A DNA stretch of 36,981 nt, taken from NCBI GenBank assembly GCA_017505625.1, contig JAFVOW010000102.1:1-36981 (forward strand). Reading direction: 5' to 3'. A program made the position numbers and the translations under genes. Shown here piece by piece: positions 1-8,900 of this stretch (position 1 is its first letter; the number at the start of each line of letters is the position of its first letter). The notes below the pieces were generated by a model. It worked only from the letters and a program-made list of their open reading frames with translations. It made no database searches and was not told the DNA's origin. The stretch comes from Clostridia bacterium (GTDB taxonomy: Bacteria; Bacillota; Clostridia; Christensenellales; Borkfalkiaceae).

Positions 1-696
1 ATGAACTTTTATTAATTCTTTTATATCCTTTCGCATCTCACCCATAATGCTATCATCGCGAGTAAAATAATAGTAGAGTGGCACATTTGAAATATATACT
101 TTTTTTGATTGCATTATAGCTTGTGAAACAAAAATACAATCCTCTGACTTTAGCCCTTCGGCAAACAACAAATTATCTATCGAACTACGAGTAAACAGTT
201 TATTCCAAACCATAAAATTTAATACATTTGACTCATAATCTCCATAAAGATAACCAAATGCCTGCTTGCTTGTTACAATCCCCTTATCTCCATCGGTTGC
301 GGTGGTTGATGTTTTTATGTTACCATTTACATCCTCATAATATCCACAGTGAACAATATCAGCCCCGTTTTCTTTCGCCATCCTTAAAAGTTTTTCCAAA
401 TAGTCGCTTGTAACGTGGTCATCACTATCGATAAAAGATATAAACTCTCCGCAAGCCACTGCTAATCCTGAGTTTCTAGCAACTGATAAACCACCGTTTT
501 TTTCTCTATGAATAACTTTTATTCTAGAATCTTTTTTTGCGTATTCGTCGCAAATTTCTCCACTTTTATCGGGAGAACAATCGTCTACTAAAATTACTTC
601 AAAATTAGTAAAAGTTTGGTTTAATACACTATCTAGACAACGTGATAAATATTTTTCCACTTTATAAACGGGAATAATAATACTAACCTCAGCCAT
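1..696 (-). CDS. Glycosyltransferase family 2 (partial; C-terminus lies beyond the window edge)
   Basis: Minus-strand open frame running off the window start. It is absent from the ORF track because no stop lies in the window. The ATG at 694-696 overlaps the TAA of the upstream gene (TAATG). My translation is MAEVSIIIPVYKVEKYLSRCLDSVLNQTFTNFEVILVDDCSPDKSGEICDEYAKKDSRIKVIHREKNGGLSVARNSGL...FIDSDD, the canonical GT-A/GT2 N-terminal signature with a DSDD motif. Confidence 0.88.
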   Translation of the reverse strand, partial: MAEVSIIIPVYKVEKYLSRCLDSVLNQTFTNFEVILVDDCSPDKSGEICDEYAKKDSRIKVIHREKNGGLSVARNSGLAVACGEFISFIDSDDHVTSDYLEKLLRMAKENGADIVHCGYYEDVNGNIKTSTTATDGDKGIVTSKQAFGYLYGDYESNVLNFMVWNKLFTRSSIDNLLFAEGLKSEDCIFVSQAIMQSKKVYISNVPLYYYFTRDDSIMGEMRKDIKELIKVH

Positions 697-1745
697 TAAA
701 TTCCTCCAAACATTGTAAAGTTTGCAAAAGCCCTATTGTATATCATATAGGATACAAACGCCACGCAAACAATTGTATAGAATACGTAATAAGTGTTTCT
801 ATCGTTTAGTTTTGATAAAGCGTTACCAACCAAGACCACGCCGTAAACACTAAAGTACATACTTAATCTAAAAATATTGTCTATGTTTATAACAAAAGAT
901 TGGAACACTAATCCTAGTACTGCCATGTTGATTAATGCAACGCCTTCTTTTGAGGTAAAACAATATTCGTGTGCAATAAGAATTGAACCACCTGCAAGTA
1001 AAAGTTGAATTACGTAACCAAAAATACTAAGACCTGTAGTAACGTTAGCATAATTTGCTAAATCTTCGTTCCACGCAAGTTCACGAACTATGGTGTTGAT
1101 TGCTCCAGGGAATAATACTGCCATACCCATAGCAACTACAAGTAATGCCACTTGTAATAGTCCTATTCTTCTGTGCATAAGGGGATATACAAGTAGAAAT
1201 ATAAGTGCCGATGAGTGAAAAGCCCATCCTGCTATAATAAATAGTAAAAATGGTATAAGTTTTTTATCATACGCTTTAACGAAAGCAAAAAAGGTAAAAC
1301 CCATAGCTATCGTTTGGCGAATACCCGTCATAGTAAAGAAAACGTAAGATAACGCAACTAACCCAAAAACCGAAATAAAGGGAAGATTGCTAAAACGTTT
1401 CACTACGTAAACGAATCCACCGTAATACACGCTACTAACTGCTATTAGCCACACTCTAAAGTCTAGTCCTGCGTGGGAAAACAACGCCGAACAAAAATGA
1501 TAAAAGGGGTCCTTTCCTTCGCCGTTTATAACGTTAGAAAAAAGGACGGACAAATCCCTATTAGCATTGAATGTATATGAATGGTAATAACCAACGGTGT
1601 CGGTATAATACGAGTATGAACGGAACGCCGTGATAAAAACCAACGATGCCCATATTAATATCAAGTATAGGTTTTTATATTTTTGATTTTTGCATATAGG
1701 CGACAAAAGAAACGCCCCCGCTAAAAATCCTATTATAATTAGCAT
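696..1745 (-). CDS. Polytopic membrane protein, EpsG-family / Wzy-like polysaccharide polymerase candidate
   Basis: 349 aa and almost entirely hydrophobic helices. The N-terminal pattern LILIWASLVFITAFRSYSYYTDTVGYYHSYTF resembles the EpsG-family fR..vG.Dt..Y motif. It sits among glycosyltransferases in a locus that also has a Wzx. The start overlaps the upstream gene by 7 nt. Confidence 0.55.
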   Translation of the reverse strand: MLIIIGFLAGAFLLSPICKNQKYKNLYLILIWASLVFITAFRSYSYYTDTVGYYHSYTFNANRDLSVLFSNVINGEGKDPFYHFCSALFSHAGLDFRVWLIAVSSVYYGGFVYVVKRFSNLPFISVFGLVALSYVFFTMTGIRQTIAMGFTFFAFVKAYDKKLIPFLLFIIAGWAFHSSALIFLLVYPLMHRRIGLLQVALLVVAMGMAVLFPGAINTIVRELAWNEDLANYANVTTGLSIFGYVIQLLLAGGSILIAHEYCFTSKEGVALINMAVLGLVFQSFVINIDNIFRLSMYFSVYGVVLVGNALSKLNDRNTYYVFYTIVCVAFVSYMIYNRAFANFTMFGGI

Positions 1746-2953
1746 CTCGTTCTCCCTAATAAATTTTCGTATACACGAACAAAGTCGTCTAAAACTTTTT
1801 CTTTGTTCATGTTATCTTCTATAAATTTACGGCAAGCATTTGAATAAGAAGTTTTACCGTTAATTTCAATTTGTTTTAAGCTGTCTAATACTTGTTCTAC
1901 GTTTTTAGGTTCAACCACGTATCCACAACCGTCTTTTACAAGTTCTGGATTTGCAGTAGAATTAAAAACTACTGCAGGCGTACCACAAGACAACGCTTCG
2001 GCGGTTACTTTTCCAAACGTTTCTTCGGTTGACATTTGAACGAAAGCGTCTGCCATAGAGTAATACTCAGAAAGCTCAATTACGCTTTCAGTTTTACCTA
2101 CCCATAAAATGTTATCGGGAAGTTTTACGTTTTGGTCTAGTCCTCCAACCAAGACAATTTTATAGTTTTCGGGCATTTTAGAAGCAAGTTCAATAAATAA
2201 AGATAACCCTTTGCTTTCTTCCATTAAAGTCGCTACGCCTAAAATGACAAACTTATCTTGAAGCCCTAGTTTTTCTCTTAAGTCTGATTGTCTAAATGAA
2301 AAGGCGTCTACGTCAACCGAGTTATAAATACGTTGCATTATTGTTGCCGATTTCATAATCGATTGTTGTGCTTCTGATAAAAGCCAATCAGAAACGGCGA
2401 TTACCGCAAAATTATCTAATGAATCGTATGCCTTCTTTTTATCCTTCCACATTTTTTTGGTTCTATCAAAAAACCAAGTGGGATTACACGAGTTTAGTTG
2501 CATACATTTATCACAACCCGTTTTCCATTTATAGCACTTTGCATCTGTAAAATGCGAACATTTACCCGTAAAAAGCCAACAATCGTCTAGAACGAATACC
2601 GTCGGAACTTTCTTTTTTGCTAGATACTTTGTTAGCATATTAAAGTTTATAAAGTTACCGTGCAAAACTTGAATATGAACGATATCGGGTTGAATTTTTT
2701 CTATGTGTTTTATAAATTTTTTAGTTGCACGTCTTGAATAATACGCTTGCTTACCAAAAAGTCTAGAAAAAAATGCGTGTACTTTATGGTCTAGCGTACT
2801 ACCTATACGGTAAAAATTTTGGTCGTCGCAATTTTTTTGTGGCGTTGCAATATAAACCGAATGTCCCTTTTCTCTTAGGTGCTCGGCTATATCTTTTAAT
2901 GAACGGCCACTACTTCGACTGCCGTAAATTCCGTTAACTAATAAAACTTTCAT
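1739..2953 (-). CDS. Glycosyltransferase, GT-B fold (GT4 / Glycos_transf_1)
   Basis: 404 aa. The N-terminus MKVLLVNGIYGSRSSGRS and the C-terminal EX7E-type motif STEETFGKVTAEALSCGTPAVVF are typical of retaining GT4 enzymes. The start overlaps the upstream stop (TAATG). Confidence 0.85.
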   Translation of the reverse strand: MKVLLVNGIYGSRSSGRSLKDIAEHLREKGHSVYIATPQKNCDDQNFYRIGSTLDHKVHAFFSRLFGKQAYYSRRATKKFIKHIEKIQPDIVHIQVLHGNFINFNMLTKYLAKKKVPTVFVLDDCWLFTGKCSHFTDAKCYKWKTGCDKCMQLNSCNPTWFFDRTKKMWKDKKKAYDSLDNFAVIAVSDWLLSEAQQSIMKSATIMQRIYNSVDVDAFSFRQSDLREKLGLQDKFVILGVATLMEESKGLSLFIELASKMPENYKIVLVGGLDQNVKLPDNILWVGKTESVIELSEYYSMADAFVQMSTEETFGKVTAEALSCGTPAVVFNSTANPELVKDGCGYVVEPKNVEQVLDSLKQIEINGKTSYSNACRKFIEDNMNKEKVLDDFVRVYENLLGRTRC

Positions 2954-4239
2954 TACTTTTTCTCTATAAGTTCGTTTAATTCTTTTTTGAGATTTTGTTG
3001 AATTTCACTACGATTATGAAGTTTTTTACCGCACTCCCAACCTTTTTTAGCGTATTCGTCGAGATATGCGTCGTCATCTCTAATTTTTATTAAGGTTTGC
3101 TCTAACTGTTTTTTGTCGGTTACTACGATTGCACCGTCGTGGCGAAGAAGATGGTCTATTGAACCACATCTAGCATCGCCAACAGCGAGTTGCGGTCTGC
3201 AAGCCACCATTTGTCCTACGATTTTAGTAGAAAACGATTCTCTAACGGCAAGTCTTTCTTTAAGTCTAAAAGACTCTACGTGTACTAAAACGTCGCACTC
3301 ACGTTGAATTCTTTCGATTTCCGTATAAGGAACTTTACCCTTAAAATCTATTGCTTTACATTTTTTATATTTTTTTAAGATGGATTTTTTTAGTTGAGAT
3401 GCAGAATAAATATCTAAAGTCATCCCCCCGCCTATTTTATCGATAGCCCTGCCAATTCTAAGTAGTTCTTCCCATCGATGATTACCAAGATTTCCTGTAA
3501 ACACGAGTTTTCTTTCTTTATTATATTCAGTCTTAAACGTAGGTTCACCGTCAAAGACGTTGCCGTTTGCCATAATAACGCAAGGCTTTTTAAACCATCT
3601 TTCAGCACACTCTTTACCGACTTCAGAAACAACGTAAAGATACTCGCACATTTTTACCGTTCTTCTTACCTTTCCCCTTTGAGTTAATCTATCTATCCAA
3701 AAGAAGGGATTTAAAGAAAACTGATGCAAAGAATAGTTATCATCGCCGTAGTACCCTACCATTTTCACAGGCTGAATTTTAGCAACGAATTGGTGTACCC
3801 AATTCATATAAGGCATTCTATAGATAGGCGTAAACATAACGTCAGCGTTAAACTCTTTTACAACGTCAATTAAGTTTTGGTTACGCCAACGTCCAATTCG
3901 CCAAATAAAATTACGTCCCCAGCTAAAAATTCTGAGGTGAGTTTTTCTTGCAACGTTCATCCATTTGGTTTCGGTTTTACCCATCTCGTCTTTTTCGTCT
4001 AAATTTTCAGGCTCTATAATTTTACCGACGGGGTTCTTCTTGTTTTTTAAATTAGCAACAATTTGACCCATAGAAATTTGAAAATATTTAATGTTGGTCA
4101 TCTCAGTATTAGGATTACCGCCCATACAGTAAATATTTAAAATTTCTAAATCATCGATGCCGCCAAACAAATCGGAAAATACTTTGCCGAAACTATTATT
4201 TTTATTCCACGGATAATCGGAAACTATAAGTAATTTCAT
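2953..4239 (-). CDS. Putative glycosyltransferase-like protein (GT-B-like C-terminal half, family unassigned)
   Basis: 428 aa with no TM segments. The C-terminal part (GKVPYTEIERIQRECDVLVHVESF...ESFSTKIVGQMVACRPQLAVGD...GAIVV) resembles the second Rossmann domain of GT1/GT4 enzymes. I do not recognise the N-terminal half (MKLLIVSDYPWNKNNSFGKVFSDLFGG...NIYCMGGNPN). It abuts the flanking genes with 0-1 nt spacing. Confidence 0.4.
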   Translation of the reverse strand: MKLLIVSDYPWNKNNSFGKVFSDLFGGIDDLEILNIYCMGGNPNTEMTNIKYFQISMGQIVANLKNKKNPVGKIIEPENLDEKDEMGKTETKWMNVARKTHLRIFSWGRNFIWRIGRWRNQNLIDVVKEFNADVMFTPIYRMPYMNWVHQFVAKIQPVKMVGYYGDDNYSLHQFSLNPFFWIDRLTQRGKVRRTVKMCEYLYVVSEVGKECAERWFKKPCVIMANGNVFDGEPTFKTEYNKERKLVFTGNLGNHRWEELLRIGRAIDKIGGGMTLDIYSASQLKKSILKKYKKCKAIDFKGKVPYTEIERIQRECDVLVHVESFRLKERLAVRESFSTKIVGQMVACRPQLAVGDARCGSIDHLLRHDGAIVVTDKKQLEQTLIKIRDDDAYLDEYAKKGWECGKKLHNRSEIQQNLKKELNELIEKK

Positions 4240-5232
4240 TTATCTACTCCTATGGTTTAGGTAAAATCCCAAAGCAAAAGACATAACTTTATAGCCAAAA
4301 ATTCGATAAATTTTATATGCTTTGCTTACTTTAGGGTGAACGTGATAATATTTGAGATATTTTTTACAAAACTCTTTTAGCGATTTTCTAATTTCCTTTT
4401 TTTGCTTAGTAGTTGCTTGAACACTTTTTCTATACGTCAATGCCAAGGTAATCATAACTTGATAACAAACGTAGTTCATTAATATGTGAGATTTTCCACT
4501 TTCCACATCTAAAATAGACGGAGCATTATTAATAATTTCACATAAATCAAAGAGACTTTGAACTTTCATAGTCGTTGCCACAGACCCTGGACGGCCTATC
4601 CTATAAACGTACACCCTTTCTTGTATGGCGTCCACTTTAGGATTGGCACTGAATAATCTCACACACCAATCTATATCTTCTATAATTTTACTGTCGTCAA
4701 AATATGCTTGTGACTTTTCCAAAAACTTGCGGGAAATACACATCCCCCAAGCCGAAGGATTTAATCTATCATTAACTATAAGGAACTTTATTTTATCTTC
4801 ATTATCGGCTTTATAAAAATCAGTATAATCTATATCAGGCGTTAATACGTACTTTCCCGTAGACATTACATACCCTTGATAAAAAAGTTCTACAATATCG
4901 GGATTAGATTGTTCAAGTTTATTATTAATCTTAGATAAAACTTCACCATCAATCCAATAATCGTCAGAATCTAAAAAACATAAATAATCGCCGAGAGCAG
5001 ACTTCATCCCCACGTTTCTTGCCGACGCCGCCGTCCCGTGTTTTTTATGTATAACCCTAACTCTATTATCTTGACTTGCGTACTCTTCACAAATAGCAGG
5101 ACAAGTGTCGGGAGATTCATTATCTACAAGAACAAGTTCAAAGTCAGTAAAACTTTGACATAACACACTGTCTACACATTGTCTTAAATATTTTTCAGTT
5201 TTATAAACGGGGATAATTATACTAAATTTCAT
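4240..5232 (-). CDS. Glycosyltransferase family 2
   Basis: 330 aa. MKFSIIIPVYKTEKYLRQCVDSVLCQSFTDFELVLVDNESPDTC...ARNVGM...FLDSDDYW is the standard GT2 signature. The first acidic pair reads DN instead of DD. Confidence 0.88.
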   Translation of the reverse strand: MKFSIIIPVYKTEKYLRQCVDSVLCQSFTDFELVLVDNESPDTCPAICEEYASQDNRVRVIHKKHGTAASARNVGMKSALGDYLCFLDSDDYWIDGEVLSKINNKLEQSNPDIVELFYQGYVMSTGKYVLTPDIDYTDFYKADNEDKIKFLIVNDRLNPSAWGMCISRKFLEKSQAYFDDSKIIEDIDWCVRLFSANPKVDAIQERVYVYRIGRPGSVATTMKVQSLFDLCEIINNAPSILDVESGKSHILMNYVCYQVMITLALTYRKSVQATTKQKKEIRKSLKEFCKKYLKYYHVHPKVSKAYKIYRIFGYKVMSFALGFYLNHRSR

Positions 5233-5244
5233 ATCTATCCTTAT

Positions 5245-6363
5245 TTAAATCTTATAAATTTCTTTTATTTCTTCTTTTACAGAGTTTACCGTATAATCTT
5301 TTGCTTTTTCGTAAGCTTTCTCGCCCATTTCTTTGGCTTCTTCTCCGCTAAACACTGATAATATTTTTTTAGATAGTGTTTGGTAATCAGTAGGATTAAA
5401 CAAATACCCGTTTTCGCCATCTTCTATCAGTTCTTTATGGCCACGGTTTATCGACGCAATAATCGGTTTTTTACACAACATTGCTTCGATTATATTTAGT
5501 GGCAATCCTTCTCTATGACTACAAGATACGATTAAGTCAGTTATCGGAACAACCTTTTCTAAATCGGTTCTATAACCTAAAAATTTAACCGTTTCTTCTA
5601 GTCCTAATTCTTTTACTTTTTCAGTAAGTGTTTGTTGTAAAGGACCGTTTCCTGCGAGCAATACTTTTAGGTTAGGAATTTTATCTTTAATCTCGTTTAC
5701 TGCATTTATTAGGGTTGATTGGTTTTTATTTTTATTTAACTCTCCCGTACACAAAATAACGAAATCGTCTTGTTTTAAGTTTTCGTTTTCTCTCAAAACT
5801 TTGTAAGTGTTTTCATCAACCACGTGGTACCTTTCTTCAGAAACACCCACGCCGTGCATATGCACGACGTTGGTTTTAAACTTTTTACTTGCTAATTCAT
5901 AATCTTCTTTAGTAATAGTAATTAGCGTATCGCATTTTTTTGCAAAATGTTTTTCTATCGGATAAAACACCATCCACGCTTTTTTAGAAGCACCTTTGTA
6001 AAAATGAAAGCCGTGTGCCATGTAAACTACTTTAGTTCCTTTACGCCTTGCTTTTTTTGCTGCAAGTCTTGTGATAATTCCACCCATCGGGGTGTTGCAC
6101 TGAATTAAATCGTAGTTTTCGGTATTAATAATTTGTTTTAACTGTTTTAATGCTTTAAGATTATCCTTGCTTTTAGGAGAACGAGAAAACGGAACGTCAA
6201 AAACCTTTTCGACAAAATCTAATTTTAAGCCGTTTTTTTCTGACAAATTATCTTTTGCGGCAACGTGTACTTCTACTCCATCCTCGTGCAAAACTTCAAC
6301 TAGTGGTTTATGAAATTGACAAATATGGCTTTGAACTGTTGCCACCAACAAAACTTTTTTCAT
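5245..6363 (-). CDS. Glycosyltransferase, GT-B fold (GT4 / Glycos_transf_1)
   Basis: 372 aa. MKKVLLVATVQSHICQFHKPLVEVL at the N-terminus and SHREGLPLNIIEAMLCKKPIIAS...ELIEDGENGYLF at the C-terminus are typical of GT4. Confidence 0.85.
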   Translation of the reverse strand: MKKVLLVATVQSHICQFHKPLVEVLHEDGVEVHVAAKDNLSEKNGLKLDFVEKVFDVPFSRSPKSKDNLKALKQLKQIINTENYDLIQCNTPMGGIITRLAAKKARRKGTKVVYMAHGFHFYKGASKKAWMVFYPIEKHFAKKCDTLITITKEDYELASKKFKTNVVHMHGVGVSEERYHVVDENTYKVLRENENLKQDDFVILCTGELNKNKNQSTLINAVNEIKDKIPNLKVLLAGNGPLQQTLTEKVKELGLEETVKFLGYRTDLEKVVPITDLIVSCSHREGLPLNIIEAMLCKKPIIASINRGHKELIEDGENGYLFNPTDYQTLSKKILSVFSGEEAKEMGEKAYEKAKDYTVNSVKEEIKEIYKI

Positions 6364-7311
6364 TTATTTTTTACGCTTCTTTATCTCTAAAATCTTGTTA
6401 TATATACCTTGTTGATTTGACATTTGCATTATCCTATGGCCAGGGTCTCCATTACCTTCTATTATCGCAACTCCGTTTTCGAGTACCGCCAAGTCCCAAC
6501 CAACGTATTCAACTGAAAGGATTTCTCTGGATGCCTCTATAACCGTTTGCTTTACCCTTTCCCAATTTGGAACTTCAAACCCTAACATCTTCGCTTTTGT
6601 TTGAGGGTGAAAAATATATTTTGTTAATGCCACATCAATACAAGGAGAAATAACAATACCCGAATCTATATCAATGGCACCACAAACTCCCCCAGAAGAG
6701 AAATTGTCCACCAAACTTCCGCCACCACCAATTCTTAATGCGCAAGCCACAATCTCACCTTTGTAAGTTAAAGCTCGTATGGTGTTAACAGAATCAGGGT
6801 TCAGCTTAGATAAAGATTTGTGCTGAACCAACAATTCCTCTGCAATATAATCACGATAGTTTTCAATGTTATATTTTCCAATTTCTTCAGCGTTCAACTT
6901 AAATATTCCATTACCTTTGGAACCCACAATCGGTTTCATTATAATCGAACCATGTTTTTTGCAAAAATCCTCTAACTCTTGGCCTGTGGCATTCTCTAAA
7001 ACCAAATATTCTCTTTTTATATATGCCTTAAATTTTTCATTAAACTTTTGTTTATCTGAAAATACCATTAATTCCTGTTTGCAATTATTTTTGATGATTT
7101 TTTTACTTTTCTTATAAGTTAGATATTTTGCTCTTTCATAATTAGATTTCTTATAAAATTCATAACGGAAAAAATCATCAAAACTTGTACCAAAACGCAA
7201 TGCGCAATAAATTTGCTGGAAATATGCTCTTATATATCTTCCACGATAAAAAGTTTTTATGTTTTTATTAAATCTTTTAATTTGCTGTTTTAGAATTTTT
7301 AACTTATACAT
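6364..7311 (-). CDS. Sugar-transfer-associated ATP-grasp protein (ATPgrasp_ST-like amidoligase)
   Basis: 315 aa. The layout matches what I recall of Pfam ATPgrasp_ST: an N-terminal F.rYeFYkks..er..Yl segment, DKqkFnekF, KP..GskG.Gi, RIGGGGSLVDNFSSGGVCGAIDIDSG, HPQT...G..vPnW, and EYVGWDLAVLENGVAIIEGNGDPG at the C-terminus. Its stop directly abuts the next ATG (TAAATG). Confidence 0.7.
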   Translation of the reverse strand: MYKLKILKQQIKRFNKNIKTFYRGRYIRAYFQQIYCALRFGTSFDDFFRYEFYKKSNYERAKYLTYKKSKKIIKNNCKQELMVFSDKQKFNEKFKAYIKREYLVLENATGQELEDFCKKHGSIIMKPIVGSKGNGIFKLNAEEIGKYNIENYRDYIAEELLVQHKSLSKLNPDSVNTIRALTYKGEIVACALRIGGGGSLVDNFSSGGVCGAIDIDSGIVISPCIDVALTKYIFHPQTKAKMLGFEVPNWERVKQTVIEASREILSVEYVGWDLAVLENGVAIIEGNGDPGHRIMQMSNQQGIYNKILEIKKRKK

Positions 7312-7328
7312 AAATATTTTCCTATTCT

Positions 7329-8900
7329 CTAAAAGGGTATTTTAGTATGCACTGCGTAATACAAGTTTTCTATTATTGCTCTTTTTTTCGTATGTTCAAT
7401 ATTTTGAACTAAAACGCCTGTTGAATCAACTTTTTGATTCATATTATAACGCACCAATTTATAAATTTCATCGCCTATTCTCTGTTCTATTGACGCACTT
7501 AAAAATAAACAAAGAAGTTTTCTATTGTTGTAAGGAATTGCAATATCAAAAGAATATCTATGTTCTCCCGTAATAGTTAAGCCGTTCCATGCAGGGACTC
7601 TAAATTCCCAAAAAAATTGCTCTTGCCAGGGAACGTTACTATTTTTTGTTTCGTTAAAATACTTCTTTATGTAATCTTTGAATATTCTATCAGTTTTTCT
7701 AACCAACTTCCTATCGCCAAGAAACACTTTGTATAGCGTAGTACATTTTCTAGGAGATGGGGTTTTGCCAAATCTTTTCCTACCATTAAACCGTTTAGAA
7801 TAATATGCTCTGCCAATTTCTGAGCACCACGATTTAACCTCCACGTCAAAGTCGTTAACACTAGAAAAATAGCATCTCTTTCTTATATCGTTAGCATTAT
7901 TATAAAGGGTCCCACCACCGTTCCAAAACAATATTTCTCTAACTAAATCTAAATCATCAAAATCATCGTCTTCACTAGAAATTTCATATGTTTTATGCTT
8001 TAATCCCAGATTTTCGCATATTTTTTGTGCAGCCTTAGCATCAACTTTTTCCTTGTCAACTGAAACGTAACTAAAATAACTAAACTTTTCGTATAAACCG
8101 TTTGCACACGATAGCGTCGTTTTACTGTCACAACCGCCTGTAAGCGATATTGCTACGTGATTCCATTTTTTTGAAATCATTTTCAAACTATTGTGTAAAA
8201 CTTCTCCAATTTCAGTTGCTAACTCATTTTTTCCTTTAGATGTTGTTTCTATAGCATAGAATCGTCTCACTGTTATTTCGTCACCAATTGTAACGCAGTG
8301 ATTAGGAACTAACCTCTTTATTTCAGCAAAAGGAGATAAATCTCCTGGAAGATAATTGCCAAACAAACGGAAATGTTTATAGTTTATCAATCTTTTAACG
8401 TACTCGTCTTCTTTAAGATTCATTAAATCCCCTATCAATCGTGAGTGCGTAGAAACTATAATATTTTCATTAATTTTTCCATAGTAAGTTGTTTGTATGC
8501 AAGAAGGGTCTCCCAAAAGGTGTACCCCACTTTCATCTAAAATTATAAGGGTAAAAATACCACTTATTTGATTAAACTTCTCAAAAAAAGCGTTTTTATC
8601 GTTTACCCAAAAAGATAGCAGTTCTTGTACAATTTCGCTTTCTTCATATTGCAAAGTAAACGGATTGTACGCGTGTCCTATTAACACAAAACAGTTTTGC
8701 TCTAAACTGCAAACGTAACTCTTTTGTTTTTTATGCACTAAAAGTGTATATTGGTTTACGATTTTCTTTTCCCAATTATCATAAAAAGGATATTCTTTTT
8801 CATTAACCTGTGAATCGGTAAATAAAAACCCGTAAGCAAACAATTTATCCCTTAATGCTACGTTAACGTCTAAAATGCCCTTGATTTGTTCCGTAGTCAT
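7329..8900 (-). CDS. Asparagine-synthetase-like PP-loop ATP pyrophosphatase lacking the N-terminal nucleophile Cys (putative carboxylate-adenylating amidoligase)
   Basis: 523 aa. The central ISLTGGCDSKTTL matches the SGGxDS PP-loop. The preceding roughly 200 aa (SGIFTLIILDESGVHLLGDPSCIQTTYYG...IIVSTHSRLIGD) resemble the Ntn-type domain of AsnB. The protein begins MTTEQ, so there is no Cys2. The start overlaps the upstream stop (ATGA). Confidence 0.55.
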   Translation of the reverse strand: MTTEQIKGILDVNVALRDKLFAYGFLFTDSQVNEKEYPFYDNWEKKIVNQYTLLVHKKQKSYVCSLEQNCFVLIGHAYNPFTLQYEESEIVQELLSFWVNDKNAFFEKFNQISGIFTLIILDESGVHLLGDPSCIQTTYYGKINENIIVSTHSRLIGDLMNLKEDEYVKRLINYKHFRLFGNYLPGDLSPFAEIKRLVPNHCVTIGDEITVRRFYAIETTSKGKNELATEIGEVLHNSLKMISKKWNHVAISLTGGCDSKTTLSCANGLYEKFSYFSYVSVDKEKVDAKAAQKICENLGLKHKTYEISSEDDDFDDLDLVREILFWNGGGTLYNNANDIRKRCYFSSVNDFDVEVKSWCSEIGRAYYSKRFNGRKRFGKTPSPRKCTTLYKVFLGDRKLVRKTDRIFKDYIKKYFNETKNSNVPWQEQFFWEFRVPAWNGLTITGEHRYSFDIAIPYNNRKLLCLFLSASIEQRIGDEIYKLVRYNMNQKVDSTGVLVQNIEHTKKRAIIENLYYAVHTKIPF

